Assembly (NCBI GenBank): GCA_963837055.1
Contig: CAWILU010000003.1
Span: 71,524-135,523, forward strand
DNA from: an uncultured Acidobacteriota bacterium
GTDB lineage: Bacteria; Actinomycetota; Acidimicrobiia; Spongiisociales; ZC4RG35
DNA: 64,000 nucleotides
Reading direction: 5' to 3'
Under the pieces are notes generated by a model. The model did not search any database and was not told where the DNA came from. It saw nothing but the letters and a program-made list of their open reading frames with translations. A program made the translations under genes and the position numbers. Position 1 is the stretch's first letter. Every line of letters begins with the position of its first letter. Shown here in pieces: positions 38,500 to 46,533 of this stretch.

Positions 38500-39894
38500 T
38501 CACGGACCAAGAGTCCAGTTCCCATCTGCGGTGATCTCGAGGAAAGCAGTACCTGCTGGCACAACATCGCTCGCGTTGTATGGGCCGATCTCGTTGACAA
38601 TGAGATCGTGCAGGGCGCCCGAATTCCTGAGTGCCCAGATGACAAAGTTGCTCGTGCCGTGGTGGGTGGAATGCATGACGGACCCGGCCTGATAGCGCAC
38701 GATCTCATCTCCATGGCCGTTCAGCGACCCGGTCATGACGCGAGCCTGAGTCATCGGCCGCACCGTGAGGGTCCAGCTCCCATCAGCGTCGATCTCGAGA
38801 TGCCGGACTGGATCGAGACCGCTAGAGCTAAACCAACCGGTGTTCAGTCCTCGTCTGCCGCTGTACGATCCGATCTCGTTGACCAAAAGGTCGATTTGAC
38901 CGAAAGCTCCATTTAGCGACCAAACAATGAAGTTGCTTGACCCATTGTGAGCCAGATCGATTAGGGCAGGCGCATCGCCGGGAACTGCCAGGTCGACCAC
39001 CGCGTTTCCGCTGCCATTGATGGTGAATGCCTGAAAGCCGCCCGGTGGAGGGGGTGGTGGTGCGACCGTGGCACATCCCGACGGCGGGCTACCTCCTCCA
39101 GGAAGAGCACCGAAGTCGCCGGCCACCGGCAGCCCGGTGGGCACCCCGTAGGTAAGCGTAACGTCCGCGACCCCCTGGGTGTTGGTGTGGCGGAGGTAGC
39201 TGGTGCAGGTCGACGGGCGAAACAGGCCCACCGACTCGGGGCCAGGCACTCCTCGAGTAGCCCATTCGGCGGCGACGATCTTGTCGCCCGGATCGCCAAA
39301 TATGAATTGTGAGTCGGCGTTGCCCTGAGTGTGGGTCTGTCGGAAGTAGACCAGCCCGGTCGACTCCCGATGCAGGCCGATCGTGTCGACCCCATCATTG
39401 TTGAAATCGCCGACAAACGGCTTGTCGCCAGGATTGCCGAAGTAGTAGGCGAAATCGGCTGCACCGAGACCGCCCTCATTGGCTCCAAGCGTGTTGATGA
39501 TGAAAACCCGGCTCTCGGAGGGCCGGTAGATACTCACCGTGTCACAGCCATCCCCATCGAAGTCGCCGGCCAAAGGAATATCGCCTGGGTTGCCGAAAAA
39601 GAATCGGATGTTGGCGGCACCCTGACTGTTCAAGTTTCTCAGATAGACAAAGCCGTCGGACTGCCGATAAAGCCCAGGCGTCTCATCTCCGTCGCAGTCC
39701 CAGTCTCCCACCATTGGAAGATCGCCAGGGTTGCCGTAAAAGAACCTGGTGGTCGCACCGGTTGCCGGGTCTCGGAGGTACCACTCTCCGGTCGAAGTGT
39801 CGACGATGCCGATCGACCCTTCCTGAGCCAAAGCAGGTGCGGCAACTCCCAGGACGAGCACCAATCCCAGGAGGACCGTTACTCGGCGACGCAT
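38500..39894 (-). CDS. secreted protein: about five N-terminal FG-GAP/VCBS-like repeats plus a duplicated ~85-aa C-terminal domain
   Basis: GGGAGG RBS, then ATG at 39894 and signal peptide MRRRVTVLLGLVLVLGVAAPALAQ. The repeat module (FFGNPGD.P.AGDFDGDGCDT...RN..TQG.AD) is the same as in CDS 4091..6283. C-terminal internal duplication: HNGSSNFIVWSLNG...LLVNEIGSY...EIDADGSWTL and HHGTSNFVIWALRN...LIVNEIGPY...EITADGNWTL. Confidence 0.8.
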   Translation of the reverse strand: MRRRVTVLLGLVLVLGVAAPALAQEGSIGIVDTSTGEWYLRDPATGATTRFFYGNPGDLPMVGDWDCDGDETPGLYRQSDGFVYLRNLNSQGAANIRFFFGNPGDIPLAGDFDGDGCDTVSIYRPSESRVFIINTLGANEGGLGAADFAYYFGNPGDKPFVGDFNNDGVDTIGLHRESTGLVYFRQTHTQGNADSQFIFGDPGDKIVAAEWATRGVPGPESVGLFRPSTCTSYLRHTNTQGVADVTLTYGVPTGLPVAGDFGALPGGGSPPSGCATVAPPPPPPGGFQAFTINGSGNAVVDLAVPGDAPALIDLAHNGSSNFIVWSLNGAFGQIDLLVNEIGSYSGRRGLNTGWFSSSGLDPVRHLEIDADGSWTLTVRPMTQARVMTGSLNGHGDEIVRYQAGSVMHSTHHGTSNFVIWALRNSGALHDLIVNEIGPYNASDVVPAGTAFLEITADGNWTLGP

Positions 39895-40240
39895 TGAGCC
39901 TCCCACTCGGTTCGTTGTGGAAACCTACTCCAAGGTCGTCACCGAAGGCACCCGAAAAGGGATTGACGACACTGAGGGTTCGGGCTCCCCACCAATGGCG
40001 ACCGAACCTCCTCGTACAGATGCAACTCCTACGGAGACGCCCGCACCACCATCCGAGTAAGTTGAGATTGTGCGGGGTGGCACCTTCGGGTGTCTGTCAT
40101 GAACCCGCACAACTGAACCCCCGAAGACTCGTCGAACCACTTCAAGTACGGCTAGCCATTGGGGGGTTCGTTCGCCGGGGTGTTTGTTAGCCCCTCATGC
40201 CGGGTACGGATGGGCCACTTCAACCTGGGAGGACGAACCT

Positions 40241-40384
40241 ATGGCAACAATCCTTTGGATTCTGGCGGCGATCCTGGTGATCGCGGGGATCGCGGCCATT
40301 CTTAGGGGTCAACTGTTGTGGGGCATCGTTCTGATCGTGGTAGGACTGATAGTCGGACCAGGCGGCGTTAGCGTCTTTACCTGA
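40241..40384 (+). CDS. small two-helix membrane protein ending in a GPGG motif (47 aa)
   Basis: GGGAGGA Shine-Dalgarno 7 nt upstream of the ATG at 40241. MATILWILAAILVIAGIAAILRGQLLWGIVLIVVGLIVGPGGVSVFT. Confidence 0.7.
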   Translation: MATILWILAAILVIAGIAAILRGQLLWGIVLIVVGLIVGPGGVSVFT

Positions 40385-40804
40385 AACCCTTCCACGTTCA
40401 CTAGTGCCGAGCGAAACCCTCATGACCATTGGGGGTTTCGTTTATGGAGTACTCGGGGAAGTGCTTCGGGAATCGAAGTCCACGCGTCCCCAGAAAACCG
40501 TCGGCCTCGATTCCACAAGACGAACCCCCGTGGTATGGGGAGAAGCCACGGGGGTTCTGTCATGTCACTCCCTTTTGGGTGGCTGAGAGCAATGCTGTTG
40601 GGCACGCCCGTGTTCTGGAAGCGGCCCGGACCGCACCTTCGGATGTTGTTACGAAACCCGCATAAACCTCCGGAGACTCGTCGAACCACCATTTGCAACC
40701 CAACCAGTCGGAACAGCCTGGTACACCCCGGTAGCCCGACTCTCCCACTCCCCCGGATTAGTTGACTATTCGGTACTCACCGGGACACCCCGGGATGGGT
40801 CTGA

Positions 40805-40864
40805 CAGGGTTTAGGTCCCTGTGGGCGAGAGCCCGTGGAGGTTCAAGTCTTCTCACCCGCACCA
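40805..40864 (+). repeat. orphan 3' half of tRNA-Leu(TAG) (att-like direct repeat), with encoded CCA
   Basis: cagggtttaggtccctgtgggcgagagcccgtggaggttcaagtcttctcacccgcacca compared with 36308-36364: 3 mismatches in 57 nt. The sequence upstream cannot form the acceptor or D arms. Confidence 0.9.
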
Positions 40865-40866
40865 GA

Positions 40867-41022
40867 TCAACTGACGACGAACCCGACGACGATCATCGCC
40901 GCGACCGCCAAGCCGATCCAGAAGAACAGCCACTTGTTGTCGCGCCAACTCTCCCACCAGAGCTTGTCCGGATGCTTCTCGCGCAACCGCTCCTCATAGG
41001 AGTCTCGATCGTCTTGGCTCAT
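40867..41022 (-). CDS. 51-aa single-TM micro-protein translationally coupled to ndh
   Basis: Hand translation: MSQDDRDSYEERLREKHPDKLWWESWRDNKWLFFWIGLAVAAMIVVGFVVS. Its ATG overlaps the ndh stop as ATGA. It is below the ORF-track length cutoff. Confidence 0.5.
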   Translation of the reverse strand: MSQDDRDSYEERLREKHPDKLWWESWRDNKWLFFWIGLAVAAMIVVGFVVS

Positions 41023-42278
41023 GGCTCACCCTTTTCCGGTAGCGGCGGTAGCCCGGTGATGATCCGGGCCCCGCGGCGGAAGGTCAAGTAGCTCCAAGCC
41101 CAGGAGATCAACACCAGGACCCGGTTGCGAAATCCGATCAAATAGAAGATGTGGATCGCCAGCCAGGCGAGCCAGGCGAAGAACCCGCCGAACCTGATCC
41201 GCCCGAAGTCCGCCACTGCCCTCGCCCGACCGATGGTCGCAAGCGAGCCCTTGTCCCGGTAGCGGAACGGCTGTCTCTCCTCGAGATGCAGGTCGGATTC
41301 GATCATTTGACCGGCGTGACGGCCCATCTGCATTGCTGCCGGCGCCACGCCGGGTACTCCGGAGACCGTGGCCAGGTCGCCAACCACGAACACCTCGAGG
41401 TGCCCCGGGACCGATAGGTCGTCTGTCACCGGAACCCGACCGCTTCGATCGGTCTCCAGCCCCAGCATCCCTCCCAGGTCCGACGCGTGCACGCCCGCCG
41501 CCCACAACACCAGGCCCGCCTCGATCCGCTGGCCATCGGTGAGAGTGACACCGCCTTGATCGATATCCTGAACCATGGTTCCGGTCAACACTTCCACTCC
41601 GAGCCCTTCCAACTGTCGTCGAGCGCTCTCGGAGAGGTCCGGCGGATACACGGGAAGGACGAAGGGAGCGCCTTCGACGAGGAAGACCCGCGCCTGCGAC
41701 GGATCGATGGTGTCGAATTCCTCACCCAGGGAGTGGACCGCGATCTCGATCAGCGCTCCCGCGAGCTCTACCCCGGTCGGGCCGCCCCCGACCACGACGA
41801 AAGTGAGCAGACGATCGGCGTCCCCTGGATTTCGCTCCGCCTCCTCGAAAGCAGCCAGAATCCGCCTTCGCATCACCAGGGCGTCCTCCAGCGTCTTCAG
41901 CCCTGGTGCCAGCTCTTCCCATTCGTCGTGGCCGAAGTAGGAATGCGCCGCCCCGGTTGCCAGGATCAGATAGTCGTAACCGAGGACCGAGCCATCGTCG
42001 AGTGTCACCGTCCTCGAGTCCAGCTCGAGCCCGGTCACCTCGGCGAGGAGCACGCTCCTCACGTTTTCCTGATCCCGGAATATCGAGCGGATCGGATATG
42101 CGATGTCGCTCGGATTGAGTGCGGCCGCCGCCACCTGATAGAGCAATGGTTGGAACAGATGGAAGTTGCGCCTGTCCACGATGGTGATCTCGACGGGTGC
42201 CCGGCGCAGCGCCTTGGCCGCGTTCAATCCGGCAAAGCCCGAGCCGACGATGACAACCCGAACAGGGTTGTTACTCAC
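41019..42278 (-). CDS. ndh: type II NADH:quinone oxidoreductase (NDH-2)
   Basis: VVIVGSGFAGLNAAKAL...FHLFQPLLYQVA...VVVGGGPTGVELAG...GD. 419 aa. Confidence 0.9.
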   Translation of the reverse strand: MSNNPVRVVIVGSGFAGLNAAKALRRAPVEITIVDRRNFHLFQPLLYQVAAAALNPSDIAYPIRSIFRDQENVRSVLLAEVTGLELDSRTVTLDDGSVLGYDYLILATGAAHSYFGHDEWEELAPGLKTLEDALVMRRRILAAFEEAERNPGDADRLLTFVVVGGGPTGVELAGALIEIAVHSLGEEFDTIDPSQARVFLVEGAPFVLPVYPPDLSESARRQLEGLGVEVLTGTMVQDIDQGGVTLTDGQRIEAGLVLWAAGVHASDLGGMLGLETDRSGRVPVTDDLSVPGHLEVFVVGDLATVSGVPGVAPAAMQMGRHAGQMIESDLHLEERQPFRYRDKGSLATIGRARAVADFGRIRFGGFFAWLAWLAIHIFYLIGFRNRVLVLISWAWSYLTFRRGARIITGLPPLPEKGEP

Positions 42279-42856
42279 CGGCCTGCCCCAAGCGCCTCCG
42301 CCAGAGAGCGCAGTGCGCGAGCGCGATGCGAAAGGGTGTTCTTTTCGGCAATTCCCATCTCGGCCAAAGTACGGCCGGCCACCTCGAACACGGGGTCGTA
42401 GCCGAATCCGCTCCCACCCCGGGGCGCAACGGTGATCACACCGTCGAGCTCGCCCTTCGCGACGACCTCCGCCCCGTCCGGCATCACCAGTGCAACGGTG
42501 GTGCGAAAACGCGCCCGCCGATCCTCCTTGCCCTTCATCTCACGAAGGAGCAGGTCGACGTTCGACGCGTAGGTCGCGCCTGGGCCGGAGTAACGGGCGG
42601 TTCGCACCCCGGGAAAGCCGCCGAGCGCTGCGACCTCCAGCCCGGTGTCGTCGGCGATCGCGGGAAGCCCAACCGCATCCATCACCGATCGGGCCTTGAG
42701 CAGGGCATTTTCCTCGAGCGTGTCCCCGGTCTCGTCCACGTCGGGCCAGTCGAGACCACGCACGATCTCGCCGACGAGCCCTACCTCGCCGAGCACTTCC
42801 TCGATCTCCGAGATCTTGTCCCGGTTCTTGGAGGCCACGACCACACGCGGGATCAC
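42275..42856 (-). CDS. rdgB: non-canonical purine NTP pyrophosphatase (RdgB/HAM1 family)
   Basis: VVASKNRDKISE...ETGDTLEENALLKA...ADDTGLEV...GGFPGV...GFGYDPVF. Confidence 0.9.
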   Translation of the reverse strand: MIPRVVVASKNRDKISEIEEVLGEVGLVGEIVRGLDWPDVDETGDTLEENALLKARSVMDAVGLPAIADDTGLEVAALGGFPGVRTARYSGPGATYASNVDLLLREMKGKEDRRARFRTTVALVMPDGAEVVAKGELDGVITVAPRGGSGFGYDPVFEVAGRTLAEMGIAEKNTLSHRARALRSLAEALGAGR

Positions 42857-43554
42857 TCCGCCACCGCTCGGCGCTGCAGGTCGTGCAGCTCGCTGATTCC
42901 AGCGGCAGCCAGGTCGAGGAGCTGGTCGAGCTCGGCCCTGGTGAACGGGGCCTGTTCGGCGGTCCCCTGTACCTCCACGAGGAGACCCCGGCCGCTCATC
43001 ACGACGTTCATGTCGACCTCGGCCCGGACGTCTCGCTCGTAATCCAAGTCGAGCATCGGCTGTCCATCGACGATCCCGACCGACACCGCGGCCACCTCGT
43101 CGAGGATCGGCGACGACGGGATCTGTCCCTTCTCGACTGCATCGGCCAGGGCGTCGTACAGCGCGATCCAGGCGCCGGTTATCGCCGCGGTCCTGGTACC
43201 TCCGTCCGCCTCTATCACGTCACAATCCACCATCACCATTGCCTCGCCCATTGCCTTCAGGTCGACGACAGCGCGCAGCGAACGCCCGATCAGCCGGGAG
43301 ATCTCCTTGGCGCGGCCCCCGGAAACATGGTCACGGCGAATTCTCTCGTTCGACGACCCAGGGAGCATCCCGTACTCGGCGGTGATCCACCCCTTTCCGG
43401 AGTCCCGCATCCAGCGAGGGACCTCCTGAGCGACCGAAGCGGTGCAGAGCACCCTGGTCTTCCCCATCGCTATCAGCACCGAGCCCGCGGTCGAGGACGT
43501 GTAGGGGACCTCCAGAGTTACGACTCGGAGTTGGTCGAAAGGGCGGTCAGACAT
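42853..43554 (-). CDS. rph: ribonuclease PH
   Basis: RPFDQLRVVTLEV...GSVLIAMGKTRVLCTASV...TAEYGMLPGSS...DCDVIEADGGTRTAAITGA. Confidence 0.93.
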   Translation of the reverse strand: MSDRPFDQLRVVTLEVPYTSSTAGSVLIAMGKTRVLCTASVAQEVPRWMRDSGKGWITAEYGMLPGSSNERIRRDHVSGGRAKEISRLIGRSLRAVVDLKAMGEAMVMVDCDVIEADGGTRTAAITGAWIALYDALADAVEKGQIPSSPILDEVAAVSVGIVDGQPMLDLDYERDVRAEVDMNVVMSGRGLLVEVQGTAEQAPFTRAELDQLLDLAAAGISELHDLQRRAVAE

Positions 43555-44287
43555 CGAAGGCGACTCCCGGCATCGCCAGCGACACCGGCCGGTCGAAGGT
43601 TGTCTCGGCCTCGTCGATCGATCGACTCACATCCAGGTACGGCGGGATGTGAGTGAGCACCAGACGTTGTGCCCCCACCTCACGGGCAATCCGTCCTGCC
43701 TCGGCTGAAGTCAGATGATGCGGGTAGTCGTCCTCGCCCCGTTCCTGGTAGGCCGCCTCGGACAACATGAGATCGACATCACGGGCTGCTTCCCGCCAGT
43801 CGCCCTTGGGCCCGGTGTCACCCGTGAAGAACAGGGAACGGTTTTCCGCTTCCCACCGCGAACCAACCGTTGGCACCGAATGGTCCATCTCGGTGAACGA
43901 GACTGAGAGATCCCCGATGTCGACCCGGTCCCCTGTCCACACTGGTGTGAAGTCGAACGTCTCGGTCAGTCGCGATCCTTGGCCACCGTCCAGATAGCCC
44001 GACACCGCGTCCCACACCGCCTGGGGTGCATACAACGGAATCGCCTTCCTCGGATCCGGGCAGTAGGTCCAGGCGTGAAAGGCGGTGAAGATGTCACAGC
44101 TGTGATCCGGGTGCTGATGCGAGATCACGATGGCGTCGATCATGTAGGAGTCGACCGGTAGGTTGACGAATGTTCCCGGGCCGGCGTCGAGCCACACCCT
44201 CGTCCCCGACTGCTCCACCACATATCCCGAAGCGGGGCGACCGGCGACCGGGAAGGTCCCCGAGGAGCCAATGACTGTGAGCTTCAC
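43547..44287 (-). CDS. MBL-fold metallo-hydrolase
   Basis: HQHPDH motif (VISHQHPDHSCD). The GTG at 44287 (VKLTVIGSSG...) overlaps the pdxH stop as GTGA. The alternative ATG at 44311 would overlap pdxH by 28 nt. Confidence 0.75.
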   Translation of the reverse strand: MKLTVIGSSGTFPVAGRPASGYVVEQSGTRVWLDAGPGTFVNLPVDSYMIDAIVISHQHPDHSCDIFTAFHAWTYCPDPRKAIPLYAPQAVWDAVSGYLDGGQGSRLTETFDFTPVWTGDRVDIGDLSVSFTEMDHSVPTVGSRWEAENRSLFFTGDTGPKGDWREAARDVDLMLSEAAYQERGEDDYPHHLTSAEAGRIAREVGAQRLVLTHIPPYLDVSRSIDEAETTFDRPVSLAMPGVAFDV

Positions 44288-44928
44288 GGCGCCAGCCTCT
44301 CCGTTCGCCACGCGGCGTCAACCCTCACGTAGCGCACTCTGTCGTGGAATCTGTTCGGCTGACCCTGCCAGAACTCGACCCGGTCAGGATTCAATCGCCA
44401 TCCTCCCCAAGCCCGAGGTCTCGGCACCTTTACCCCACGGAACCTGGCGTCCAATGCCTCGAAGGCCTCATCGAGATCCTCCCGCGACGACACCACCTGG
44501 CTCTGCGCCGAGGCATGAGCTGCGATCTGGGCCCCCCGAGGCCTCGCCTCGAAATATCGGTCGGCCTCTTCGCCAGTCACCATCGATACCTTTCCTTCGA
44601 ATCTGACCTGGCGATGCAGCGGGGTCCAAAGAAAGGTCGCTGCGGCCGATGGATTCACCCGCAGCTCCTCGCTCTTCCGGCTGGCCAGATTCGTGTAGAA
44701 CACCAGGCCATCGTCGTCGATTCCCTTCATGAGGACGGCGCGCGCCGATGGCACCGCCTGGGCATCTGCGGTGGCGAGAACAAAGGCATTCGGCTCGTCG
44801 ATGCCGGCCTCGAGAACGCCATCGAACCATCGTCGGAACTGGATGATCGGGTCGGCGGCCATGTCGGCCTCACTCAGCCCGATGGCCTCGTACTCACGGC
44901 GAAGGCGGGCCACCTGGTCGTCGATCAC
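44284..44928 (-). CDS. pdxH: pyridoxamine 5'-phosphate oxidase
   Basis: LRREY...DPIIQFRRWF...PNAFVLATAD...RVNPSAAATFLW..LHRQVRFEG...YFEARPRGAQI...GGWRL.PDRVEFWQG...R.HDR. The start is assigned to the GTG at 44928 and is uncertain. Confidence 0.85.
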   Translation of the reverse strand: MIDDQVARLRREYEAIGLSEADMAADPIIQFRRWFDGVLEAGIDEPNAFVLATADAQAVPSARAVLMKGIDDDGLVFYTNLASRKSEELRVNPSAAATFLWTPLHRQVRFEGKVSMVTGEEADRYFEARPRGAQIAAHASAQSQVVSSREDLDEAFEALDARFRGVKVPRPRAWGGWRLNPDRVEFWQGQPNRFHDRVRYVRVDAAWRTERLAP

Positions 44929-44985
44929 CTGTCTGACGATAGCCTCGCGCCCGTGAGCCAGGACCCGAGAGCTTCGACCCCCACC

Positions 44986-45372
44986 ATGGTCGGGCGGGCC
45001 CTCCGGCGTCGATGCCCCCGATGCGGAACCAGGGCCTTTTCCTCGTTCTTCGCCCTGCGCGAGCACTGTCTCGGGTGCGGCGTCAGGTTCGAGCGTGAGG
45101 AGGGCTACTGGGTGGGAGCCTTGATCATCAACACCGCAGTGGTGTTCGGGACATTTCTCGTCCTCTTCGTGGGTGGGATCCTGGTCTACTGGCCCGAGGT
45201 GCCGTGGGGAGCGCTTTCGGTGGTCACTCTCGGCACCATGGCCCTGCTGCCCATCCTCTTCTATCCCCTGTCCAAGACCTTGTGGATGGCGTTGGACCTC
45301 TCGTGGCACCCGCTGGAACAGCACGAGATCGCCGAGGCAGCGAAATCGGCCGACCAACCACCTACGACTTAG
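44986..45372 (+). CDS. DUF983-like small membrane protein with an N-terminal zinc ribbon
   Basis: MVGRALRRRCPRCGTRAFSSFFALREHCLGCGVRFEREEGYWVGA..., then two TM helices. The upstream part of ORF 44344..45372 is antisense to pdxH. Confidence 0.7.
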   Translation: MVGRALRRRCPRCGTRAFSSFFALREHCLGCGVRFEREEGYWVGALIINTAVVFGTFLVLFVGGILVYWPEVPWGALSVVTLGTMALLPILFYPLSKTLWMALDLSWHPLEQHEIAEAAKSADQPPTT

Positions 45373-45375
45373 GAC

Positions 45376-46533
45376 CTACAACCTCTTAGCTACCTCGTCG
45401 AGCATGACCTCGGTGGCCCCGCCCCCGATCGAGGCGATCCTGACGTCCCGATAGAGCCGCTCCACTGCGGTCTCGGCAATGAAGCCCATGCCACCGTGGA
45501 ACTGGACGCAGTCGTAGAGGACGCGGTTGGCCATCTCGCCGACAAAGGCCTTCACCTCGGATACCTGTCGGGTCGCATCCTCGCCCTCGTCGCTCAGCCA
45601 GGCTGCGTGATAGGTGAGCTCCCGCCCGGCGTCGATCTCGGCTTGGCGGGAGGCCAGCCGTTGCCGAATCGCCTGTTTCTCCCAGAGCGGCGCGCCGAAT
45701 GCCGCGCGCTGCTTGACGTGCTCGATGGTGAGCTCGAGCGCCCGCTGCGACTCTCCGAGCGCCTGACCCATGATGGCCAGCCTTTCGTTCTGGAAGTTGG
45801 CCATGATGTAGTAGAAGCCCTGGTTCTCCTCACCGATGAGATTGGCCTCGGGCACCCACACTTCCTCGAGCACGAGCTCGGCCGTGTCCGAGGAGTGCCA
45901 TCCCATCTTCTCGAGTGCCCGGCTCGCCTTGAAGCCGGGAGTGTCCTTCTCGACGGCGAGAATCGATATCCCGCGTGAGCCTTTGGCCGCCGGATCGGTC
46001 CGGGCGGCAATGAACACCAAGTCGGCGATACCCCCGTTGGTGATGAACATCTTGGTTCCGTTGATGACGAACCCATCACCCTCGCGGCGCGCGGTCGTCC
46101 TCATCGCCGCAACGTCCGAGCCGGCGTCTGGCTCGGTGACCCCGATGGCGGTCAGTATCTGGCCGCCGACCATCGCCGGAAGCCACCGCGCTTTCTGCTC
46201 TTCGCTGCCGAAATTGGTCACGTACGGCATGGCCAGGTCGGTGTGCACGAGCACCGTGATCGTGAACCCACCATATGTCGACCGTCCCAGCTCCTCGGCG
46301 AAGACCACCGAGGCCAGTGCTCCGAGACCGACGCCGCCGAACTCCTCCGGGACCCGGAGGCCGAAGAACCCAAGCCGCGCCATGTCGTCGAGGACCTCGC
46401 GGGGTACTCCCCCGTCCTCCCAAGCGGCCGCCCGCGGCACGATTTCTCGCTCCACGTACTCACGGGTCTGGGCGCGAATGGCCTCGAGGTCGTCGTTGAC
46501 GTAGATCGACTTCAAACTTTGGTCACTCCCCAT
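45376..46533 (-). CDS. acyl-CoA dehydrogenase
   Basis: ACAD fold: ...TEPDAGSDVAAMRTTA...GTKMFITNG...QFHGGMGF... The start is taken at the ATG at 46533. Confidence 0.88.
   Translation of the reverse strand: MGSDQSLKSIYVNDDLEAIRAQTREYVEREIVPRAAAWEDGGVPREVLDDMARLGFFGLRVPEEFGGVGLGALASVVFAEELGRSTYGGFTITVLVHTDLAMPYVTNFGSEEQKARWLPAMVGGQILTAIGVTEPDAGSDVAAMRTTARREGDGFVINGTKMFITNGGIADLVFIAARTDPAAKGSRGISILAVEKDTPGFKASRALEKMGWHSSDTAELVLEEVWVPEANLIGEENQGFYYIMANFQNERLAIMGQALGESQRALELTIEHVKQRAAFGAPLWEKQAIRQRLASRQAEIDAGRELTYHAAWLSDEGEDATRQVSEVKAFVGEMANRVLYDCVQFHGGMGFIAETAVERLYRDVRIASIGGGATEVMLDEVAKRL

Larger units (their letters stand above)
36365..40864. mobile_element. putative degraded integrative islet inserted at the 3' end of tRNA-Leu(TAG)
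   Basis: Bounded by the intact tRNA-Leu and a 57-nt copy of its 3' half (40805-40861, plus CCA). The cargo is accessory-type and includes repeat copies. No integrase ORF is present. Confidence 0.6.

Noticed and set aside
39977-40692. Repeat copies ending in ...TCGAACCACCA or ...CTCCCCACCA as extra tRNA or tmRNA 3' fragments
   Set aside because: The segments cannot be folded into a T-arm plus 7-bp acceptor stem. They do not align with any tRNA in the window or with ssrA beyond a few bases. The resemblance may be coincidental or too decayed to call.
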